Source: Octopus sinensis
Taxonomy: Eukaryota
Length of the DNA stretch: 19,156 nt
NCBI RefSeq assembly: GCF_006345805.1
Contig: NW_021824494.1
Location: forward strand, 1 to 19,156
Direction: 5' to 3'
Under the pieces are notes generated by a model. It did not search any database and was not told the DNA's origin. It saw only the letters and a program-made list of their open reading frames with translations. Shown piece by piece: positions 10,755 through 19,156 of this stretch. How positions within the stretch are numbered: position 1 is the first letter of the stretch; each line of letters begins with the position of its first letter. Made by a program: the position numbers and the translations under genes.

Positions 10755-12471
10755 ATGTGGCTTGACTACAAGAAAAACTTTGACTGTTCCCCACTCATGG
10801 ATGCTAGAAGCCCTTCACCTTGCTAAAGTTCCAGTGACCATTGTCAAGGTCATACCTGACCTAGCTTCATCGTTGGCCACCATCTTGAAATTAAACACAA
10901 AGAGTGACTGTATTATCACTGATAGAATACAGTTTCGCAAAGGCGTATTCCGAGAGGACAGCTTCTCTGTAATGTTGTTTACACTTTCTGCAAACCGTTT
11001 GTCATTCCTGTTAAAGAAGTCTGAAGGATATTTCACTGGTTCACAAGGGAAACAAAAATACCAATATTACACACTGTTTCTTTGTAGATGTCTTGAAACT
11101 ATATGTAAAGAACATGCACGAGATGAAAAAGAGCCTTGACCTTGTTACAACATTCTCAAAGGATATAGGGTTGGAGTTTGGTCAGGATAAATGTTGCTAT
11201 ATAGCTGTGAAAAGAGGGAAAACTGTAACCCAGACTAGCAACATCTCCATCATTGACTTAACTGTTTCCCCTATATCTGATGAGGAATGCTACAGGTATC
11301 TAGTGGCGGACGAAAACATGTCTTACAATGGCACCTGTAACAAAACACGTGTCACTAAAGAATATCACAAGCGAATAAAGAAAATTTGGACCTCGGAACT
11401 CTCTGCATTTAGTAAAACAGTGGCCCACAATGTGGTTACAGTTCAGTTCTCATAACAGCATTTGGACTGCTTGAATGGACGCGTGATGAGATCTGAGCCA
11501 TTGATGTGAAAACCCGAAAGATACTAACAACCACATATAATTTCCACATAAACAGTGACGTAGACGGCCTCTACCTAAAACGAAAACAAGGCCTTTGAAT
11601 GTCGTATCATATCCCTTCGGCAACATCCTTTAACCACCAAGTATCGAAGTGCATCCTTTGACTAAGTTTGCATACATGAGGCTGATAACATCATAAAACT
11701 TGGAAGGCAGCTCCTTGAGCAGCATTCCTTGTCTGATAACCTTAAATACATGTACCTAGAAGTCGTACGACCCTACTGCAACATATCAGATGAAAGGTTG
11801 AGCTGTATGAGCAGAAGACCATGTATGGTTATGTTTGTAGAAAGCACCGAGATGATAGTAACATTGATCGTCAAAGCAGTCTGTCATGGACAACAGGATT
11901 ACTACTTCCAACTTTGAAGGGTATGCGTTTGCAATCCAGGAACAGGAATTATCAACCAAATACTTGATGCGCAAAAAGGACAGAGATGCAAGAAAAGCAG
12001 TGAAATGCGACAACTGATGCAGACTTTGTGAAGTTAACACCCGAAGATATGACCCACACCGTAAGCAGTTGTCCGGAAATGTCGTCATGGTATTATCTAC
12101 CGATGAGACATGATGTTGTAGCTAGGACACTCTATAACGAGATCCGTCGAAAGGATAATCCCGAGGACAAAGAAATAAGAACCCACAGTATGGTGGAAGC
12201 CATAGCCACTCGTAATAAAAAGGAGTACTGGTGGAATGTCCCAGTCAAAACCTCAATAAAATGTAAACACGATAGACTTGACATAATGATTTGGGATAGA
12301 GAAGAGAAATTGTGTACAATTGTAGAAACTAGCTGCCCAGCGGACATTAATATAAAGCTGAAGATCAGTGTAAAAGAGAATACCTATTCTGAACTATTGA
12401 GAAATCTGCAGCTTCTCTAACCAGATTACAATTTCAGGTTTATACCTGTAATTATTGGAGCATATTTTTTA
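10755..12471 (+). mobile_element. Decayed, truncated non-LTR retrotransposon, R4/Dong-like (RT + CCHC knuckle + restriction-like endonuclease); non-functional
   Basis: Frameshifted motifs in order: WLDYKKNFD/VPHSW (10758), KGVFREDSFS for RGIFQGDSLS (~10939), HCFFVDVLKLY for YxDDLKLY with the second Asp lost (11081-11092), DIGLEFGQDKC, KEYHKRIKKIWTSEL, DVKTRKILT...HINSDVDGLYLKRK, EGYAFAIQEQ, CRLC...HTVSSC (12018-12072), RHDVVA, DRLDI...IVETSCPAD, IPVIIGA. The clade name is from motif recall. Confidence 0.88.
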
Positions 12472-12926
12472 CTGCTCTGAAAAGATTTTATCCCATATAT
12501 GCTTAACGTTTAATTAATGTAAAGGAGCAGCTTAATGAATAATTTCACGCTCTGACTTCGCCAATAAAGCGAATATGTAATATCTCACCTTGTGACGGCG
12601 TCATACTTTATAAATGTACAGTAAATATCAATCTAACAGAGATGTAAATAAATGATGTTCTTTGTTTTACTTTTGTACAATTCAATTAGTGTCATTACTG
12701 CTAATGAGGCGAAGGGGCAAAATCTAATTAATTAAGAATATTGAAGTGGTGCAAAAATAAGATTAGATGAACGATTAATATTAATCTGATTTTCTCAAGT
12801 AAGAGGCTACAATTCCTAACATGTTTCAGCGTTATTATACATTTTCAGCGAATCATTGCATTCTTCTCTTCCTTTTACTTGCCATGTGAGTGATGAGAGA
12901 ATCAATGAGAATATCGATAGACATTA

Positions 12927-13080
12927 TCTGTAAGTAGCTTGCTTACCGACCACATGGTTCAGGGTTTAGTCCCACTACGTGGCACCTTGGGCAAGTGTCT
13001 TCTACTATAGCCTCGGGCCGACCAAAGCCTTGTGAGTGGATTTGGTAGGCGGAAACTGTAAGAAGCCCGTCGTATATATG

Positions 13081-13111
<31 letters not shown>

Positions 13112-13337
13112 ATGTGTTTGTGTGTGTGTGTTTGTCCTACCAACATCGCTTGACAACCGATGCTGGTGTGTTTACGTCCCCGTAACTTAGCGGTTCGGCA
13201 AAAGAGACCGATAGAACAAGTACTAGGCCTACAAAAAATAAGTCCTGGGGTCGATTTGCTCGACTAAAGGTGGTGCTCCAGCATGGCCACAGTCAAATGA
13301 CTGAAACAAGTAAAAGAGTAAAACAAGAGTAAACATT
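12927..13337 (+). mobile_element. SINE family A, slightly 5'-truncated, with 11 bp target-site duplication (1 mismatch)
   Basis: Starts at gtaagtagcttgctt; GATAG(A/G)CATTA at 12916-12926 and 13338-13348. Confidence 0.9.
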
Positions 13338-13934
13338 GATAGGCATTAATTAAAAAGTAAATATAGAAATAGTGATTAGATTTTTGTTCTTCATTACATT
13401 TACAACGGTGGTCCTAATTTGGCTGTTATTTATCACGGCGGTTGCATCCTTAATTATTTTCCCCCGCGGGATAATTCGCAAAATTCGTTTGCATTAGTAG
13501 ATAAAGCTTTATAACCATTATTGGTTAAGTCGATTGATGGTTGTAAATTAAATTGATTTAAATCTATATGAATACAGAAAGACCTAATTTTCAAGTTTCT
13601 CTTCAAGATTAAATCTTTTAGAAACAATACAAGAGCGACTTTAAGTTGAAGTGGGTTAATAGGAACTTGTAGAGATTTTTTTCTTTTTATCATAATCATT
13701 ATTATCATTTTTAATTTTACTCTTGCGTTCGTGATGTAAGTGAAGTGGATATTTAGTTTGTTGTGGTCTTTTTTTTTCTTTCCTTTGCTTTTACAGAAAC
13801 AGCTAAGTCTGCCTAATGAAGCATTATGAGATTTAGCAAGAGAGATACGATAATGCAACGAATGCGGTAAAATTTTAACCGAAGTGTGTCACGACGCCAA
13901 CGTACAAAGAACAGGGTCAAAATATAGTTGAAGA

Positions 13935-14022
13935 GAGTGGAAGGATGAGAAAGAGAGAGCAGGGGGTGAAAGAAAGAAAGAGAGAGAGGGGAGAAGAGGA
14001 AGCTAGGAGAGAGAGGGAGTAT
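13935..14022. repeat. Purine-rich (AG/AAAG) low-complexity tract
   Basis: Directly visible. Confidence 0.75.
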
Positions 14023-14057
14023 GAAGCGAACACAACACGATAAGAAGGTTGTCTATA

Positions 14058-14473
14058 TATTTCTTTATTACCCACAACGGGCTAAACATAGAAGGGACAA
14101 ACAAGGACAAACAAAGGGATTAAGTCGATTACATCGACCCCAGTGCGTAACTGGTACTTATTTAATCGACCCCTAAATGATGAAAGACAAAGTCGACCTC
14201 GGCTGAATTTGAACTCAGAACGTAACGACAGACGAAATACCTATTTCTTTACTACCCACAAGGGGCTAAACACAGAGACGACAAACAAGGACAGACAAAC
14301 GGTTTAAGTCGATTACATCGACCCCAGTGCGTAACTGGTACTTATTTAATCGACCCCGGAAGGATGAAAGGCAAAGTCCGACCTCGGCGGAATTTGAACT
14401 CAGAACGTAGCGGCAGACGAAATACCGCTAAGCATTTCGCCCGGCGCGCTAACGTTTCTGCCAGCTCGCCGCC
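14058..14473 (-). mobile_element. SINE family B dimer (one full head plus a second head-less body), with 15 bp target-site duplication
   Basis: Head ggcggcgagctggcag ends at 14473; unit period 184 bp (cccacaa at 14071 and 14255); AGAAGGTTGTCTATA at 14043-14057 and 14482-14496. Confidence 0.93.
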
Positions 14474-14719
14474 TCCTGATTAGAAGGTTGTCTATAAGGA
14501 AGAGTTTGACAAATGAGGACGGATTCCACTCAATGTTGTTGTTACGTTCCAGCCATGATCATCCCAGCTTTTATTCTAGATATTGTGTATCAGGGACTAG
14601 ATTATTCAACCATCTTTTAAAATAGTAAGGGATGATATAAGCGATATTTGGCGATTTTCAGTTCGTCATTCGACTATCAAACGACTCCTTCGTTGACTTA
14701 CGCTTTTCGCATTATTGTT

Positions 14720-14898
14720 GGTGTTCTTTTTCTTTTTCTTCGTCTTCTACATCTACTTTTTCTTCGCCTTTTTCTTCTTCCTCCACCTCCTCGACTAACG
14801 CCTCCCCGAAAATTTCTTCTTGTCTTCTACTACTACTACTTCTTCTTCTTCTTCTTCTCTTCTTCTCTTCTTCTCTTCTTCTTCTTCTTCTTCTTCTT

Positions 14899-14932
<34 letters not shown>

Positions 14933-15060
14933 CACTACTACTACTACTACTATTTCTTCTTCTTCTTGGCTTCTTCTTCTTGTCGTCTTCTTCTTCCCCT
15001 TCTTTATCTTCCTCTTTTTCTTCTTCTTCTTCTTCCTGTCTTCTTCTTCGTGTGTGTGTG
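14720..15060. repeat. (CTT)n/(CTA)n compound trinucleotide microsatellite
   Basis: Directly visible; source of the poly-F/Y/S/T/E/V ORFs. Confidence 0.92.
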
Positions 15061-16279
15061 TATACAAATATATAAAATCACTACGCTCATTATTATATTA
15101 GGAAATTATGGTTGCATAACGAAATGCCGTGTCCCTACAAATCATTAATATTTACGCACCAGCTTCCAGGAATGCGTTTAATATGTAAAATTGATATATC
15201 CAAAAACGTTACACCGGTGTATTCAGTGGCTAGACGGGTACTAATGAAGGGGCAAATCCACCCCACCCACCCCGCCGAAATATGGCGTATAGACCCATTA
15301 CCCATTTTTCCATTTCGATATCAATGTTTGTTCACACCTGACATCACGGATACGAAACGTCGTAACAAAAATCGGGGTTGACTATAATTTCTATAGAATA
15401 TCCGTAGAGACAACCTTAACAAGAATCAATATTGTTGATATCTACAGAGTGAGAGAGGGGAGAGAGAGGGGGGTAATAAGTGATTTATGTCTGGTTATTT
15501 AGAAGTAGTGTAGCTGTTCCTTTTAGAAGTAGATTAGTTGTTTAGCCTCAAGTTAGTCTTTCATCGTTGCTCCTTTTTAATTTACTCAATTTGGTTGCCT
15601 CGCTTTAGTTTGTACTTACTTTCATTTAATATCTTCTCTTTAGTTGCTTCAAATTAATTGCTTCATACTCACTTCGATATAGTCTTTTCAATTTATATCT
15701 TGCGTTGCTTCAATTTTGTTGCTTCATAACAGTTTCATAGCTACTTCAGTTTAGTTGCTTCATAGTAGATACTGTTTAGCTTCTTACTTGTAGTTGCTTC
15801 ATAGTCGCATGTTTTTAGTCTATTTTACTTTTATTTAATATCTTCTCTTTAGTTGCTTCAAATTAGTTGCTTTATACTTGCTTCACTTTAGTCATTTCGA
15901 TTTATATCTTGCATTATTTCAATTTTGTTGCCTCAAAGCAGTTTCTATATACTTGTTTCATAGCTGCTTTGATTTTTAGTTGCTTCATAGTTGCTACTGT
16001 TTACTTTCTTTCCTGTAGTTGCTTTATAGTCAGTTGCTTTTAGCTTATCTTCTTTTATTTAATTTCTTCTCTTTAGCAACTTCAAATTAGCTGCCTCATA
16101 TTTGCTTCAATTTATTCTTTTCAGTTATATCTTCCGTTGTTTCAAATTTGTTGTTTCAAAGTTGCTTTATAGTTGCTCCCGTTTAGTAACTTCATAGTTT
16201 CTTGTAGTTGCTTCAACCTGGTCGCTTCAATTTATGTTTCTATTTAGCTGCTTCGTAGTTGCTTCTATTTATCGTTTAT

Positions 16280-16786
16280 CTTTTATCCTTTGCTAGTTTC
16301 AATCATTGAACTGCGGCCATACTGGAGCACCGCCTTGAAGACTTTAGTCGAGCAAGTCGCCCCCCCCCAGGTTCTCAAACAGTGGTGGAGACAAACACAT
16401 GCACACATATACACACATACACATACACACATACACACAGGTAACTACACACGTGTTGTTGGCAATTTCCGTTCATTCTTTGGACGTTTCCCTTTCTCCT
16501 ATCCGAAGAAGAGCTATGCTCGAAACGTCAAACCCCCTCTTTTCATCGAGCGTCAATCTAATATATTCCTTCTGCACGTCCTTTCGTTGTCCATTAATTT
16601 TATTCGTTTATTTGAATTGATTGTTTATTTGAATGAATTGTGTGTGTGTGTGTGTGTTACCGACTCACAAGACTTTGGTCGGCCTAAAACTGTAGTAGAA
16701 GACACTTTCCCAAGGCCTTACGCAGTGGGACTGAACCCACAACCATGTGGTTGGGAAGCAAACTTCTTACCACACACACCCACACC
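16280..16786 (-). mobile_element. SINE family A, diverged and internally deleted, inserted in the satellite and split by a nested insertion
   Basis: Head and CORE part at 16662-16786; 3' part (gcggccatactggagcaccgcc) at 16280-16439. Confidence 0.85.
16440..16661 (+). mobile_element. Probable Penelope-like element terminal fragment with hammerhead-core-like motif
   Basis: CCGAAGA-A-GAGC-TAT-GCTC-GAAA-CGTC at 16503-16529 fits the CTGAAGAAG...CGAAACGTC pattern of PLE termini; the sequence is not part of SINE A. Confidence 0.6.
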
Positions 16787-18429
16787 GGTTCAATTTTTTT
16801 CTATGTTTAGTCGCTTCATCTTAGTTGCTTCAACATAATTGCTTTTCCTGCGTTTCTATTTAGCTGCTTCGTAGTTCCTTCGACTTAATTGCTTCTATTT
16901 AAAGTTTTTTTTTTTCTCGTTTAGTCGCTTCAATGTAATTGCTTGTTTTTCCGCTTCCATTTAGTTGCATCATAGTTCCTTCAATTTAGTTGCTTCATAG
17001 CTTCTTTAATTTAATTGCTTTCTAGTTCCTTCAGTTGCCTCTATTTAATTTTTCCGTTTGATCGCTTCAATGTAATTGCTTCCTTTCCGTTTCTATTTAG
17101 TTGCTTCGTAGTTCCCTCAATTTAGTTGCTTCCTAGTTCCTTCAGTTTAGTTGCCTCTATTTAATTCTTCCGTTTGGTCGCTCCAATGTAATTACTTCTT
17201 TTCCATTTCTATTTAGTTGCTTCATAGTTCCTTCAATTTAGTTGCTTGCTAGTTCCTTCAATTTAGTTGCTTCTATTTTTTTCCATTTGGTCGCTTCCAT
17301 GTAACTGCTTCTTTTTTCCCATTTCTATTTAGTTGCTTCCTAGTTCCTTCAGTTTAGTTGCCTCTATTTAATTCTTCCGTTTGGTCGCTTTAATGTATTT
17401 GCTTCTTTTTTTCCGTTTCTATTTAGTTGCTTCATAGTTCCTTCAATTTAGTTGCTTGCTAGTTCCTTCAATTTAGTTGCTTCTATTTTTTTCCATTTGT
17501 TCGCTTCCATGTAACTGCTTCTTTTTTCCCATTTCTATTTAGTTGCTTCCTAGTTCCTTCAGTTTAGTTGCCTCTATTTAATTCTTCCGTTTGGTCGCTT
17601 TAATGTATTTGCTTCTTTTTTTCCGTTTCTATTTAGTTGCTTCATAGTTCCTTCAATTTAGTTGCTTCCTAGTTCCTTCAATTTAGTTGCTTCTAATTTT
17701 TTTTCCATTTGGTTGCTTCAATGTAATTGCTTCTTTTTTCCCATTTCTATTTAGTTGCTTCCTAGTTCCTTCAGTTTAGTTGCCTCTACTTAATTCTTCC
17801 GTTCGGTCGCTTCAATGTACTTGCTTCTGTTTTCCGTTTCTATTTAGCTGCTTCATAGTTCCTTCAATTTAGTTGCTTCCCGGCTCCTTTAGATTAGTTG
17901 CCTCTATTAATTTTTTCCCCGTTTGGTCGCTTCAGTTTAATTGCTTCTGCTCTTTCTTTTTTTTTTTTTTTTGTCGTTTCTATTTAGTTTCCTCATGGAT
18001 GCATCAACGTTTCTTTAATTTAGTTTCTTCATAAACACATCTTTGATTTCCCTGTAGATTTCTACGAACATGAGGAATCAGAAATAACTCGATAAATATT
18101 GGAGATAGATTCAGGGTGAATAGCTCCAGGGTGAAAGTGTGGGCGAGCCATCTGTGTTTAATTAAGCTAACCCAAATAGACAGTTAAAAAAATCGAACTC
18201 ATAACATGGCTAAAAACAAACAAGAACTCTCTTTCTAAATCTATTCACATACAATACTCTCCCATACATTTCATTTCATATAAAAATAATCGTTTGAATT
18301 AATCACAGTTATTTTCGATCTGAACTTTGTCTCCACGAATATTCATGTTTATAGTTCGATTATGGTCGAAAAGCGATGATAAGAATCAACAAAAAAAAAT
18401 GCTAAATTCTGAAATTAAAGGCAATCCAT

Positions 18430-18614
18430 CATTCTACGTTCTTCTTCTTCTTCTTCTTCTTCTTTCTTCTTCTTCTTCTTCTTCTTCTTCTTCTTCTTCT
18501 TCTTCTTCTCCTCCTCCTCCTCATCCTCCTTCTTCTTCTTCTTCTCTTCTTCTTCTTCTTCTTCTTCTTCTTCTTCTTCTTCTTCTTCTTCTCCTTCTTC
18601 TTCTCCTCCTCCTT

Positions 18615-18649
<35 letters not shown>

Positions 18650-18671
18650 TATCGTCAATTATTAATATTCC

Positions 18672-18728
<57 letters not shown>

Positions 18729-18852
18729 CATCATCATCATCATCATTATCGTCATTTATTATTATTCCCATTATTATTATTATTATTATTATCATCATCA
18801 TATCATCATCATCATCATCATCATCCATCATCATCAATTATTATTATTCCTA

Positions 18853-18907
<55 letters not shown>

Positions 18908-18926
18908 TATCATTATCATTATTATT

Positions 18927-18967
<41 letters not shown>

Positions 18968-19100
18968 TATCGTCAATTATTATTATTCCTATTATTATCA
19001 TTATTATTAATCAGTATTATTATTATCATCATCGTCATCATCATCATCACCATTATCATTATTATTATCATTTTCGTTGTTGTTGTTGATGTTGTTGTCG
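18430..19100. repeat. (CTT)n followed by alternating (ATC)n/(ATT)n blocks
   Basis: Directly visible; source of the poly-L/I/M/D/K/N ORFs. Confidence 0.95.
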
Positions 19101-19156
19101 TGGCCACAGCAAAACAAGGGAGTTTCCTTTAACGATTGATTATTTATTTATTTACT

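Larger units (their letters stand above)
15530..18030. repeat. AT-rich hierarchical satellite built on TAGTT(G/C)CTTCA, with ~210 bp higher-order units; interrupted at ~16280-16786
   Basis: ttgcctcta recurs at 17151, 17358, 17568 and 17780; an older block has tcttctcttt-based units at ~15631, 15840 and 16064. Confidence 0.9.

Noticed and set aside
10510-12550. Possible TSD around the SINE-LINE fusion (gcagcgttaat versus gcagcttaat)
   Set aside because: Short, gapped and AT-rich, and the LINE 3' end is missing, so it cannot be placed as a TSD.
13797-13866. Plus-strand exon-like segment after a strong pyrimidine tract (ttttacag|...GCG|GTAAAA)
   Set aside because: All three frames have stops near the start and no partner exons are identifiable; such sites are common in AT-rich DNA. 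RNA-seq would be needed.
14648-15148. Poly-F/Y/S/T/E/V ORFs (similar ones at 18327-18837)
   Set aside because: Trinucleotide microsatellite artefacts.
12701-15258. Shared ctaatga..gaaggggcaaa motif at 12701 and 15241
   Set aside because: An 11-mer match is expected by chance in 19 kb.

Overview
AT-rich, repeat-saturated eukaryotic DNA, most likely a cephalopod (Octopus-like) intron or intergenic region. That assignment comes from my recollection of the SINE families and from microsatellite density, not from a search. No intact protein-coding gene is supported. Most of the window is: (i) three tRNA-derived SINE families (A x5; B as 2 single copies, 1 trimer and 1 dimer; C x1); (ii) two decayed copies of a non-LTR retrotransposon with a C-terminal CCHC knuckle and restriction-like endonuclease (R4/Dong-like), at 10755-12471 (+) and ~2410-3069 (-); (iii) a 2.5 kb (GT)n-embedded minisatellite; (iv) a ~2.5 kb hierarchical AT-rich satellite interrupted by a SINE, which itself contains a Penelope-like/hammerhead-core fragment; (v) many microsatellites. 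The long ORFs in the track are repeat artefacts. The most unexpected observation is an identical SINE-B/LINE-RT junction present twice in inverted orientation (7798-7830 and 10736-10768). I found no clearly new biological system; the leads are mobile-element architecture questions.
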